Assembly: GCF_964194155.1 (NCBI RefSeq)
Contig: NC_135896.1
Coordinates: 51,522,001-51,586,000, forward strand
Direction: 5' to 3'
Length of the DNA: 64,000 nt
DNA from: Cetorhinus maximus
Lineage: Eukaryota
The position numbers and the translations under genes were made by a program. Each line of letters starts with the position of its first letter. The first letter of the stretch is position 1. Of this stretch, positions 51,216 to 63,274 are shown piece after piece. The notes under the pieces were generated by a model. It was not told the DNA's origin, did not search any database, and worked only from the letters and a program-made list of their open reading frames with translations.

Positions 51216-52987
51216 CATGTTTCAAGAGAATGCCAACGATGATTTTGATTTAACTGGCTGGAGTGAAATCCCTACAACTTATAATGAAATACAGAAGACA
51301 CTTGTTGAGTTAAAACTTAGCTACCGTGAATCATGAAGGTAAAGTTTTCACCCAAATAGATCATGGTAGTTGGAGATTTGTAATGGCTTATATTCTGTAA
51401 TTGTGTGGCAGTTGGATAAGTCATGTGCCTGTCCAGAAAATAAAGTTTAACATATCACTTTATGGAAGTTTCACATTACCCTATTTTTAAAAAAAAGCAA
51501 TTTTCAGTGATTGGTATAATTAATGTACTCGATGTTACATACGTTTTTGTGAACTATGTAGCATTTCACATTCATGGTGGGCTCTAGTTATTTTACTTTT
51601 TGTCCCTTAATAACCAAGATCTCATACTCAATGAGATGAATGGCCTGCAACTGTCTTTGGAAATATTAAAGGAAAATTCTGACATTTCCACAGAAAAAGT
51701 TTCCTTCTCCAATGGTACAATAAAACCATTTATGTCCGCTTGGTTTTCTATGATATTGATCCATTAGACTTTCTAGTTTTCAATTCTCCTTCTGTTTGGG
51801 GGTTGCAGAAAATAAAAAGGTTCTTGGGTTAGAGTGAAAGAGCTTCTGCTCCCCTTGAATTTGGAAGGCTGATGATGATGGTGAAATCTGTGAGGCTGAT
51901 TGCCTCATGTATTCTAGCAGCAGAGGCAGAAATGAGTCAATAAATTGGCCCCTTTAGGGCCTCGATAGGCCTAAGGATGGGACGACTGTCTGACCCCTAC
52001 CCGCCCCCTGTAAAAAAGAAAAAAAGTATTCAAATTCAACACTGACATCCCTGATCTTTGTGAAAACAAAAATTCAGGGAAGAAAAAGCATTAAGGACAT
52101 TTGTTGTACAACTGGAAGTTCCCCCTTCAAAAAGTTGGTTGCCATCTTATCTACTTCAAATCTGGCTGCCCTGCAGTGATAATATGCTGGGGTAGCCTTA
52201 ATGATTTGAAAGTGGGACTTCTGTTCTTCAGGGTCCAAACACAGCAGTGTCCACTGCTGCAACTACAAGTTGAGTCTGGGTATTTTGGTCAGGCAGGAAG
52301 GCACAAAGTGGGGTACTATCTTGTGGGAGGTGACCCTGATGAGCGCAGGGGACCCCCACGCTCAAAGGAGGTACCTTCTCACCCTTCCTTCCCACCCTTA
52401 GCCCAAGCAATGAAATCTGAGAGGCTGATTGCCATCCTCAGCCACATGTGTTCTAGTGGCAGAGGCAGAAATTAGGTCAATAAATTGGCCTCTTTAAGGG
52501 CCTCAATAAGCCTAAGGATGGGAGGACTGTCTGACCCTACCTTGTATTATGGGGGCACTGGGCTACCCACCCACTCTATTTGATGTGTCCCCCTGCTTTC
52601 AAATATGCTGACAGGGGGCTGCAAAATTCACCCCCAACCATATTCAAAAAGTTTAGAAAGAAGCATTCCCTGATTTTGAGTACCATATCACATTTGATAT
52701 ACAGCAACCTCATTGTACATCATGCACAGATTATTTTAAGAAGCATTTAAGGCTCACAAAATGACAACACTACCTTTCAATTGAACTACCCTAAACAAAT
52801 TAATTTAAAATAAAAATGTAGTTTTGCTTAAAGATCTAATAAGTGGGGGAATATTAGAAAGCATTTGTGAAGGTACGATTCTTCAGTGCTTTCTCAAAAC
52901 AAGAGTGGTTGAATAGAAGTCACATTGAGAAATAATTGTGTTGGCTTTAAACTACTTCATTGAAAATACAATTAGTACAGAATATAC

Positions 52988-53083
52988 CTCTTCTGTTCTC
53001 ACTTCCCTAGCTGTGAAGTCCTTTACACAGTCCATAAAGCAGTGCTCAGTCAGTTTGTTGTATGTGCCCAGAAATTCTTTAAA
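52988..53083 (-). CDS. TIMM9: TIMM9 middle coding exon (96 nt)
   Basis: cag|TTTAAA...GAG|gtata; [32 protein letters not shown]; first CX3C motif. Confidence 0.97.
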
Positions 53084-53203
53084 CTGTGCAGGTGGAAGAA
53101 AAAAGGAACATTGTTATGGTATTAAATCTGTGTTGCCTTCTGTAGTAACACTTAAATATGTTTACTAACTTTCAATATTAAAGTAAACCTCAATGAAATT
53201 TAC

Positions 53204-53239
53204 CTGTTTTATTTGGTCTGTTTCTGATATTTGTGCCAT
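53204..53239 (-). CDS. TIMM9: TIMM9 first coding exon (exon extends as UTR to 53279)
   Basis: MAQISETDQIKQ|gtaaat; acceptor ttttattgccag ends at 53280. Confidence 0.95.
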
Positions 53240-53329
53240 TACAACTATGCTTTTCTGGTCTTGGGAAGGGTTATTGTATCTGGCAATAAAACAACAATTT
53301 AGTATAGACACACATTAGAATTGAAAAGA

Positions 53330-53640
53330 GATGTGTTAAACTTGTATAGAATTATGATTAGACCACATTTGAAGCAGTGTGCAGTTCTGATCTCCATATA
53401 ATAAAAGAAATACAGAGGCACTAGAGAAATTGCAAAAAAGATTCACAAGGATGATACCAGAACCGAGAGGTTATACCCATCAGCAAAAAACTGAAAGGAC
53501 TGAAGCCCTTTGCTTTAGAAAAGAGAAGGCTGAAAGTTAACCTGATAGAAGTTTTTTGATTATTAAAGGTATTTATAAGGTAAACATAAATAAAGCGTTT
53601 CTACTTGGTGGTGGTATCAAAACGAGGGGCCATAAATATA
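53330..53640 (+). mobile_element. CR1 fragment
   Basis: Degenerate RPHLE...QKRFTRMIP...LEKRRL motifs. Confidence 0.7.
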
Positions 53641-54010
53641 AAAGCAAAAAACTGCGGATGCTGGAAATCCAAAACAAAAACAAAAATACCTGGAAAAACT
53701 CAGCAAGTCTGGCAGCATCTGCGGAGAGGAACACAGTTAACGTTTCAAGTCCGAATGACCCTTCAACAGAACTAAGTAAAAATAGAAGAGAGGTGAAATA
53801 TAAGCTGGTTTAAGGGGGGTGGAACAAGTAGAACCAGTGATAGGTGGAGATAACCAAAAGATGTCACAGACAAAAGGACAAAGAGGTGTTGAAGGTGGTG
53901 ATATTATCTAAGGAATGTGCTAATTAAGGGTAGAAAGCAGGACAAGCAAGGTACAGATAGCCCTAGTTGGGGTGGGGTGGGATGAAGGAATCGAAAAAGG
54001 CTAAAAGGTA
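53641..54010 (-). mobile_element. Penelope pseudo-LTR fragment
   Basis: Close reverse match to 26050-26430; carries a hammerhead-like motif. Confidence 0.85.
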
Positions 54011-55145
54011 GGGAGGTTTATGGAGGGAATTCCAGACCTTGAGGCTGAGGCAACTGAAGGCATAACTACTTGTGATGGAGCAAAAAAAAATCAGAAATGC
54101 TGAAGAGACTAGAATTAGAGGAGCACAGCTATCTTGGATAGTTATGTGGCTGGAGATGACAGAGATGGGGAGGGGTGAGGCCATGGAGGGAGAATTTTAA
54201 AATTGAGGCATTGCTTAACTGGGATCCAATGCAGATTAGTGAGCACAGCAGTAATGAGTGAATGGGACGTGCTGTGAATTAGAGCACTGGCAGTAGAGTT
54301 TTGGATGGACTCAATTTACAGAGGGTAGAATGTGGGAATCAGGAATGCATTGGAATAGTCAAGTCCAGAAATAACCAAGACATGGTTAAGGATTTCAGTG
54401 GCAGATGAGCTGAGGTGTGGAGGAGTTCAGAGATACTGAATTGGAAATAAATGGTCTTAGTAATAGCATTGATATATTGAAGCTCATTACAGGGTCAAAT
54501 ATGACACCAAAGTTGCGAACAGGCTGATTCAGCCTCAGTTACCATGCAGAGAGATGGAGTTGGTAGTTAGGAAATGGAGTTTGTAGCAGGGACCAAAGAC
54601 AATGGTTTCAGTTTTTCCAATATTTAACTGGAGGACATTTCTGATTAGTACTGGATCTCAGCCAAGCAGCCTGGTAATTTAACAGCAAAGGAATCAAATG
54701 AGATGATGATTAAGTAGAGCTGGTCAGCGTACATGTGAAAAATGACATCATGGTTTCAGGTGATGTCGCCAAAGGGAAGCATGTAGTTGAGAAATACGAG
54801 AGGCCCAATGGTTATGGTGCGGAAGTGAGACGAGAAGACATTGCGGGTAATTTTCTGGCTATGGGTATGGCTGGAAGTTGCTGGAGAGACGTTGCAGGAG
54901 GATGCTGTGGTCAACCATGTCAAAAGCTGCAGAGCAGTCGAGGAGGGATTGTTTACCTTTCTTGTCATGGTCACATAGGATATCATTTGTGATTTTGACG
55001 AGAGCCGTTTTAGTACTGTGGCTGGAGTGGAGACCTGACGAGGGGAATTCAACACAGAGCTCCAGGAAAGATGGGCATGTACTTAGGAAGCGACAAGCTC
55101 TTTGGAGAGGAAAGGTAGGTTGGAGATGGAAGGGTAGTTTGCAAG
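54010..55145 (-). mobile_element. L2 LINE fragment
   Basis: Reverse-strand LDYSNA-type and AFDMVDH-type RT motifs. Confidence 0.75.
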
Positions 55146-55799
55146 GAGAAATTTCTTTACCTAAAGCTTGGAGCTCACTCTCATAAAGAGTTGATCTGAA
55201 CTACATATATGTATTTAAGGGAAAGCTAGATAAACACAAGGGACAATAGATTATGCTGGTAGGGTGGGAGGAGGCTTATGTGAACATAAACACTGGCGTA
55301 GACCAGTCAAGCCAAATGGCTTATTTCTGTGCTGAACATTCTATGTAATATGGTTCTTTAAAAAACAATTTGTAATGTAACCAGAGATATAGAAAAGCAC
55401 TAAAAAGAGCTCTGCAGTCCATTTGGGTGGTCCCAAAAATTAATATTTGTTGACTCCTTCACAGCTGTCTAATTCACCCTTGATATTGCCCCACATTATT
55501 TGGCTCCATGTCCCAAGGTAGTTAATTCCACAACTTTGCCACCTTTGCATAAAGTATGGGTCTAAACTGTACATGCTATTTAGCTTGGACAATGGCAGTG
55601 TGTGTGCGAACAGTAAAAGGAGGATAGGTAGAAAGGGAAGCATAAAAAATTGACAAAATGAAGTAGGCTTCAATGGCTGAGGCACCTGGCGGAAGAAAAA
55701 CAGAAGCAACAAAACTCTGCCAACCATCAGCAGTTCTAACTGGGCTCCCCACCTTAAGTACCAACTGGCTCCTTGCCCCATCCCGTAGATGTCAGGAGA

Positions 55800-56600
55800 A
55801 AATTAAGAATTGTAGTTAAGGTCTGAATATAAAGTCAGTCTTAAGATCAGAGGGCTGGAAAGGGCCTAGTAGGAAGATAAGGTGTTGCTCCTCAAGCTTT
55901 GAAGTACTTCAAAAATACTTCATTAGCTCTAAAGTGCTTTGAGACAGCTGATGGTCGTGAAAGGTGATATATAAATACAAGTCTTAATTTGGAACAGTGT
56001 CAAAGGCTAGACAGGTCAGAGTAGGGTGGAGAATTAAAATGCAAGTGACAGGATGCTCAGACAGAGAGAGGAATTCAACAAAGCAAATCAGTATTTGGTT
56101 TCACTGACGTAGAGAAGATTGTACCAAGACCAGCAAAGACTAAGTATATGTGAAATTGCTTCTCACAGGATGAGTACTTTCATGGAAAGGTGTGGGAAGG
56201 ACAGCAGGTGGTATGGGTGATCCAAGAATGAATCAGGACGCAATGGGATGGGGGGACCCAGGATGCAGTGGAGGAAACGGAGCCTTTGGGATGTTGAGAT
56301 GGGAGGAGGTTTTTGGTGGTGAGATCATATTGTAGGTAGTGGAACTGGCAGATGATCTAACAAGTGCACAGCCTGGTGGGATGGAAAGTTAGAACAAGGG
56401 GGCCCCTATCACGGGTGGGGGAGAGGGGATAAGGCATAAGCACCAGAAAGAGCAGTCAACCATGGTGGAGCGGAATCTTCAGCTAGGGAAAAATACCATT
56501 TCAGTAACTTGAATGGAAGATCATCTGAACAGGTTTCACAGAGGCAGATAAACTGGGAGAAGGGAATAGAGTCCTTACAGGAAGCTGGTTGGAAGGAAAT
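55800..56600 (-). mobile_element. Old Penelope-like fragment
   Basis: Minus-strand ORF with CKDSIPFSQF, a Penelope RT C-terminal motif. Confidence 0.6.
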
Positions 56601-57035
56601 TAATGGCTCCCACAACGCCCTGGATTACATTTCTTCTTGAGTTGAGAAAATAATGGAGCTAAATAAAACTGCACATGGCTCCATTTCATTGCGGGGTGAG
56701 GAATGGAATAGTAACAGGCCATGTGATCCACCCGGTGGTTAACCTTCACAAAAGCAGTGCCCACAGATTCCCTATAACCAGAGAAAGAGCCAGTTTGCTG
56801 GGAACATGGACTCAACTCTAAAGGGGCCGATCACCTGTGCAGCAACCAGCGACGGATGCACTTCTAACCGTACAAAATCCTCCCACAAGGAGTTGGAGCT
56901 GTGGCTACAGTCAGTAAAAACACATCGGAGCCTTTCCAGCCACATGGGTTGTGAGTGGTTGTCAAAAAAGAGGTTGCGGCTGCTCGATCCCGTTTCACCT
57001 CTGTTCACGAAAATACCGCTGGAGCCATGACTTAC

Positions 57036-57100
57036 CGGAGCGTCTTCCCGCCTCAAATCCGAACTCCCACTCGCACATTCACTAGCGTCATCAGTAAAGT
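57036..57100 (-). other. TIMM9: Probable non-coding first exon of TIMM9
   Basis: Consensus donor CCG|GTAAGT at 57036/57035 inside a CpG-rich patch. The TSS is not determined. Confidence 0.65.
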
Positions 57101-57392
57101 AAAATAACCCACCACTGTACGATCATTGACCATTGATTATAGAAGTTCAAGGACCAGATTTCAGTTGAAACAGATTTTTTTTTAAAAAGAGAAAGATGTG
57201 TAAATAATGCGGGGGCAATCGAAAGCGTCAACTGGGAAATCCGGGCTAGTTTTGCTTTGTTGGAAGCGGGGAGCTGGGATTAACGGTCCAGTAATGCCCG
57301 GATGCAGCTCGAGCCCTTTTTGAATTTTAATCAAAAGTTTCGGCTCCAGAAGAAATAACAGGATAGGGGGCCCCAGCGGCACCTGCCCCCCC

Positions 57393-59080
57393 GACAGAAG
57401 ACCCCAGCAATACCCCCCCTCCCCCTGACAGGAGACCCCAGCAATACCCCCCTCCCCCTGACAGGAGACCCCAGCAATACTCCCCCTCCCCCTGACAGGA
57501 GACCCCAGCAATACCCCACCTCCCCTTGACAGGAGACCCCAGCAATACACCCCCTCCCCCTGACAGGAGACCCCAGCAATACCCCCCTCCCCCTGACAGG
57601 AGACCCCAGCAATACTCCCCCTCCCCCTGACAGGAGACCCCAGCAATACCCCACCTCCCCTTGACAGGAGACCCCAGCAATACACCCCCTCCCCCTGACA
57701 GGAGACCCCAGCAATACCCCCCCCTCCCCTTGACAGGAGACCCCAGCAATACCCCCCCTCCCCCTGACAGGAGACCCCAGCAATACCCCCCCTCCCCCTG
57801 ACAGGAGACCCCAGCAATACCCCTCCAGGGTCCCCAACATTTCTCTCTCCCCCCCCCGGGTCCCCAACATTTCTTCCCCCCCCCCCACCCCGGGTCCCCA
57901 ACATTTCTTCCCCCCCCCCCACCCCGGGTCCCCAACATTTCTTCCCCCCCCCCCACCCCGGGTCCCCAACATTTCTTCCCCCCCCCCCACCCCGGGTCCC
58001 CAACATTTCTTCCCCCCCCCCCACCCCGGGTCCCCAACATTTCTTCCCCCCCCCCCACCCCGGGTCCCCAACATTTCTTCCCCCCCCCCCACCCCGGGTC
58101 CCCAACATTTCTTCCCCCCCCCCCACCCCGGGTCCCCAACATTTCTTCCCCCCCCCCCACCCCGGGTCCCCAACATTTCTTCCCCCCCCCCCACCCCGGG
58201 TCCCCAACATTTCTTCCCCCCCCCCCACCCCGGGTCCCCAACATTTCTTCCCCCCCCCCCACCCCGGGTCCCCAACATTTCTTCCCCCCCCCCCACCCCG
58301 GGTCCCCAACATTTCTTCCCCCCCCCCCACCCCGGGTCCCCAACATTTCTTCCCCCCCCCCCACCCCGGGTCCCCAACATTTCTTCCCCCCCCCCCACCC
58401 CGGGTCCCCAACATTTCTTCCCCCCCCCCCACCCCGGGTCCCCAACATTTCTTCCCCCCCCCCCACCCCGGGTCCCCAACATTTCTTCCCCCCCCCCCAC
58501 CCCGGGTCCCCAACATTTCTTCCCCCCCCCCCACCCCGGGTCCCCAACATTTCTTCCCCCCCCCCACACCCCGGGTCCCCAACATTTCTTCCCCCCCCCC
58601 CACCCCGGGTCCCCAACATTTCTTCCCCCCCCCCCACCCCGGGTCCCCAACATTTCTTCCCCCCCCCCCACCCCGGGTCCCCAACATTTCTCCCCCTCTC
58701 TCCCCTCCAGGGTCCCCAACATTTCTCCCCCTCTCTCCCCTCCAGGGTCCCCAACATTTCTCCCCCTCTCTCCCCTCCAGGGTCCCCAACATTTCTCCCC
58801 TTCCCCCCTCCAGGGTCCCCAACATTTCTCCCCTTCCCCCCTTCCAGGGTCCCCAACATATCTCCCCCTCCCCCCCTTCCAGGGTCCCCAACATATCTCC
58901 CCCTCCCCCCCTTCCAGGGTCCCCAACATATCTCCCCCTCCCCCCTTCCAGGGTCCCCAACATATCTCCCCCTCCCCCTTTCCAGGGTCCCCAACATATC
59001 TCCCCCTCCCCCTTTCCAGGGTCCCCAACATTTCTCCCCCCCCAATCCCCGATAGGGGTCCCCAGCAATCACCCCCTCCC
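57393..59080. repeat. Compound minisatellite (about 33-34-bp units), C-rich on + and G-rich on -
   Basis: Sub-array A gacaggagaccccagcaatac(n)tccccct (57393-57823); B gggtccccaacatttcttc(n)acccc with period 34 (about 57858-58690); C variants to about 59080. Confidence 0.97.
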
Positions 59081-59476
59081 CGGAGCCGCGATTCCACCGC
59101 AGTCCGTTAAAACAGATAGAGCCCGTCCGGCCGTTGCCCCTGGAGACGCTGTTAAGCCCGCCTTCCGCGGGAACTGCAGGGCAAAGACCCGGTTTCACCC
59201 GTTTGTGTACGAGCTGCCAGAGCACTCGGCGCCGTTGAAACGGTTAACGCGTTTTTTTCTAATATTGTTTAAACTTTTTTTTGTGCCAATGGAATAAAAA
59301 AGGTGCGGCGAGGTGACCAGTGGTTAGTTTGTGTTTATTACTTTTAAACTCCTGGTGTTTGCGAAGAAGGAAGCAGCCGCTGACTGGAGGGCCTGGGCTT
59401 AGGTTGAGTGACGGCCGCAAATCTCCAAACACAGCTCATCTCCGGTAGCAAAGGAAATTGGAGGGGGAGGGCGCGA
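59080..59476 (+). promoter_or_regulatory. CpG-rich promoter / 5'UTR of KIAA0586 with RFX X-box-like motif
   Basis: High CpG density; GTTGCC-CCT-GGAGAC at 59133-59147. Confidence 0.6.
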
Positions 59477-59690
59477 ATGGAGTTACCGGTCAGTGTTGTG
59501 GAAGGGGGCCGTGCCTGCTATCCTGGGACTGCCAACAGAGACCGAATGTCGGTGCAAAAGTTGCGTGAAGTAACTTCTCTTTCCGGTGCAGAGGAATCAA
59601 TTTACATTCCACCCGCTCTGCCAGTGAATAAACCACGGAGCGACAAATTAGCATCTAATGCAGATATGTCAGGAGGAGAGACTCTACCAG
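59477..59690 (+). CDS. KIAA0586: KIAA0586/TALPID3 first coding exon
   Basis: MSVQKLREV and PPALPVNK resemble human MPVKRLREV and PPALSANK; divergent from TIMM9 as in mammals; donor CCAG|gtcaat. The start Met is uncertain. Confidence 0.78.
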
Positions 59691-60439
59691 GTCAATGTCC
59701 ATTCTTCTCCAGTGTTCAATCTGTTAACTTGAATTTAATTTGGTAAAATGCTATTTTCTATTGATTTCCAACAGCGCATGGGTGAAACTATTATTTGCAA
59801 GAAGGTACTGCCACATAGCGAGGTTGGATGTTCGAAGGAAATCTTTGAGTGATGTTGAATTAATGCATTCATAATTACAGCAGAGGCGCCCATGGGTCTA
59901 CATTGCATCTCTACAAATAGTCTTCCTCACATTTTGGGGCTCTTACTTATTCTAAAGAAATACATACCCTCCAAAGACATCAGTACATTTGGTTAAAGTA
60001 GAAACACTCGATACCATAGGGAATTTAGAAGAAACTTCTTCACCCAGAGGAATGAGAATATGGAACTCGCTACCACGGGGAGTGGTTGGAGGGAATGCAT
60101 TTTAATGCATTTAACAGGAGCTAGACAATCATGTGAGGGTTATTCTGATAGAATTATGTAGATGAATGAAGAGAAGAGGTTTGAGTGGAGTGCAGGTGCC
60201 AGCATAAATTACTTCGGTTGACTGGCTTGTTTCTGTATACTGGATATCCTGTGTAATAAATATATAAAATAATATTGCAACTTTTTTTCTCTCTCCAATC
60301 TTGAAGGTATACAAGGTGATTTGTGTTGGGGATAGGGCAGGGGTGGTTTCAGGGGCATGGAAACAACAGCTTGTATTTATATAGTGTCTTTAATGCATTA
60401 AAATGTCCCAATTTGTTTCACAGATGCATTGTCATTGTG

Positions 60440-60830
60440 GAGCTGGAGGAGATCAAAGAGATAGAGAGGGATTTGAAAATAAGGAAGGAAATTTTAAAAT
60501 TGAAGCATTACTTGAAGCCAATGTAGATGGGTGAACAGACCTTGGTTGAAACAGGGTATGGACAACAGAGTTTTTGATGACTTCAAGTTTATGGAGGGTA
60601 GAAAGTGGAAGACTGGCCAGGAGCATGTTAGAATAGTCAAGAGGTAACAAAAGCAAGAATGAGGGTTTCAGCAGCAGATGAGAGATGGAGGTGGAAATAG
60701 GCAATTTTAGTGATGGTGCAGATATACAATTGGAGGCTCATCTTGGGGTCACACATGACACCAATGTTGTAAGCAATCATTTGTTTAGCTTCAGACAGTT
60801 GCCACAGAGAGGGATGGAGTTAGTGACTAG
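60440..60830 (-). mobile_element. L2 fragment
   Basis: Minus-strand ORF LDYSNMLLASLPLSTLHKLEVIKNS. Confidence 0.75.
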
Positions 60831-60869
60831 TGACTGCAGTCAATTAACCTTTTAAGGTAACCTGGGTAT

Positions 60870-61410
60870 TTAGGAATAGGAATGGAGCATTCAGCTCCTC
60901 AAGCCTGTTTCACCATTTGATGAGATCGTGGCTGATCTGTATCCTAACTCCATCGATCTGCCTTGGCTCAATATCCCTTAATATCTTTGGCTAGCAAAAA
61001 TCTATCGATTGCAAATTTAAAATGATTAATTGAGTTAGTATCTACTTTGTTTTGTGGGAAGGAGTTCCACACTTCCAGCACCTTTTGCGTGAAGAAGTAT
61101 TTTCTAACTTCTCTTCTGAATGGCCTGTGATTTTTAAACTTATGTCACATTGCCCTAGACAACTCCACCAGTTTCTAACTCTACCAAATCCTTTCAAAAT
61201 TCTGAAAACCTCAATGAAATCACCCCTTAACTTTCTATGTTCCAGTGAATCCAAGCCTTGTTTATGTAATCTCACCTCATAGTCCAACCCTGGAACCCCG
61301 CTAACATTCTAATGAATCTTCCAAAGCCAATGTATCATTAACTAATGTGCAATGCCTTAATGGTTCACAGAACTCAAGATGTGGTCAAACCAGGGCTTTG
61401 TGTAGCTGTA
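60870..61410 (-). mobile_element. CR1 3' fragment
   Basis: Minus-strand ORF LEHRKLRGDFIEVFRILKG plus a CR1 tail. Confidence 0.8.
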
Positions 61411-62598
61411 GTAAAGTTGGTCACAGCTAGTGAGCCACTCAAACCAGAGTAACTGTTCACGTTACAGTTTTTTCAGTACAGCTATACTCAGAATTTAAAA
61501 TCACAATTTTGGCAGAATACCTCTATAACAGAATTGTGAATTTTTGATTTTCAGCATGATAATTTGAGATGTTGATGTGTGACAATGGCCATTGCATAAA
61601 GCACATTCTTAGCTAGTAGAAGAACCTGCAACCGGACCTCTTGTCACAAATTCCCACGTTCAAGACCTGTTTTGCCTAATCACCAAAACGAAAAGCTACA
61701 CATATTAAACTGTATTCTTTATTTGCTCAGTTGGTAAATGTTGCAAATAGTATAGGTTAATTCACCAGCGGCCTTCCAAAATCTTTTAGTCAAAACAAAG
61801 ATATTTGTGTCTCAACGTGGTCGCATTTCATCTCCGACGACAGTGCAAATTTAAATCATCACTGTGTTGTGAAGGAGACTGCGCAGTAGTTATTTGGAAT
61901 TACATTGCTATCCATATTATTGATTCCTGAAATTAATTAAGTGATAATCAATTGAAATGACAAAATTATGTACTTATTTTCTTTCAAAGCCTGGAGAACC
62001 CTGCTTACATCATTCAAGGAGATGAGGCCATTTGTTTTATTTCTTTTTTAAAACATGTTTGCAAGTCTTAATGATTGCATCCCAGCCACACACAAGCAAA
62101 ATATTGTAGGTGCTTGAAATCTGGAGGAAAATGTTGAAAATACTCCTTGAGTATTTCCAGCATTTTTATTTGTTTACCACCATGTATTTTAAAATATATA
62201 TGTTGCATTACCCTAGGGATACAATGGATTAGTAATAAACAGTTCTGCAAGTTTTGTTGTATTGAAATTACTGCATTTAAAATAAAATTAAAGAGAAGCA
62301 GACCTCTTGAAAGCAAATCTGGTCTTTTTCTAAATTTGGTTATTGTCATTTTATGGAAATCAACATAGCAAATTATTTATATTTTATTAATTATGAGTAC
62401 TATGGATTATATGGCTCCACTAGTTTTGTTTAATTATATCTTGGAACTTCTTAAAATAAAGAAGAAATGTGAATATTTTGAAAACATTTTCCTGTTATTT
62501 TGCATTTCATGGAAATTGTCTATTCTTGATTAAGCTTTATGTGTGGCTCTTTTGTAAGGATTATGCTTATTAATTTATTCATATTGATTTGATTTCAG

Positions 62599-62678
62599 CA
62601 CATGTACATGATTATAGAACAAAATCAACTGGTGACCAGACTCAAAAAGAAACCAACTATAACAAGTTACCACAATGG
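62599..62678 (+). CDS. KIAA0586: Candidate KIAA0586 exon 2 (80 nt)
   Basis: tttcag|CACAT...ATGG|gtaaga; open in phase 1-0 after exon 1 (AHVHDYRTKSTGDQTQKETNYNKLPQW). No recognisable protein homology. Confidence 0.55.
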
Positions 62679-63274
62679 GTAAGAAAATATTTAATTACCT
62701 ATAAATTGAGTTTAGTAGCACTTTCTCCATTGAAAAATCTGTTATAATTCAGTCCAGTTTGGTTGGTTGAAAGTCTGTTCATTTGCTGGTTGTTAAGAGT
62801 CTTATGTAAAATATTCAAACCAATTACTTGTGTATGCCACAGAGCACCACAGCTTGCACACTCTGTAAGAGAAACTTTTAACAGCTCAGTCTAAAGAACA
62901 TTTGTATTTGAGAATGAGAGGCAGGGGAGGGATGTACATACAAGGTTAAAGATTACATTTCCTATAATTAATTTTCGTACATCCCAAGTTATTAATCTTA
63001 AATTGCTGATACTAATGTATCTTGGTGTTCTGATTTAGAATTTATTTATTAATGAGACAACAGCTGTGTAAAGAGTTATTTCAAAATTATCAGACCCACT
63101 AAATTCAAATAGGACAAAACAGCAAAGAAAAAAATACAAGCACAAATAAGACAGAGTTGTCTGGGTTTCAAGGGCCAGATTGGCATGGCTTGGTTTGTAG
63201 GTTGGATACCTACCACTGTTTTAGCATATTTGAGTGACAAATTGCAGTGACAATAACAACATGCATTTATATAG

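Noticed and set aside
57393-59080. CRISPR-like array
   Set aside because: There are no unique spacers or cas genes, and the context is vertebrate. It is a tandem repeat.
57182-59225. Three 588-632 aa Gly-rich ORFs on the minus strand
   Set aside because: Artefact of a stop-free 34-bp minisatellite; all three frames give the same permuted peptide.
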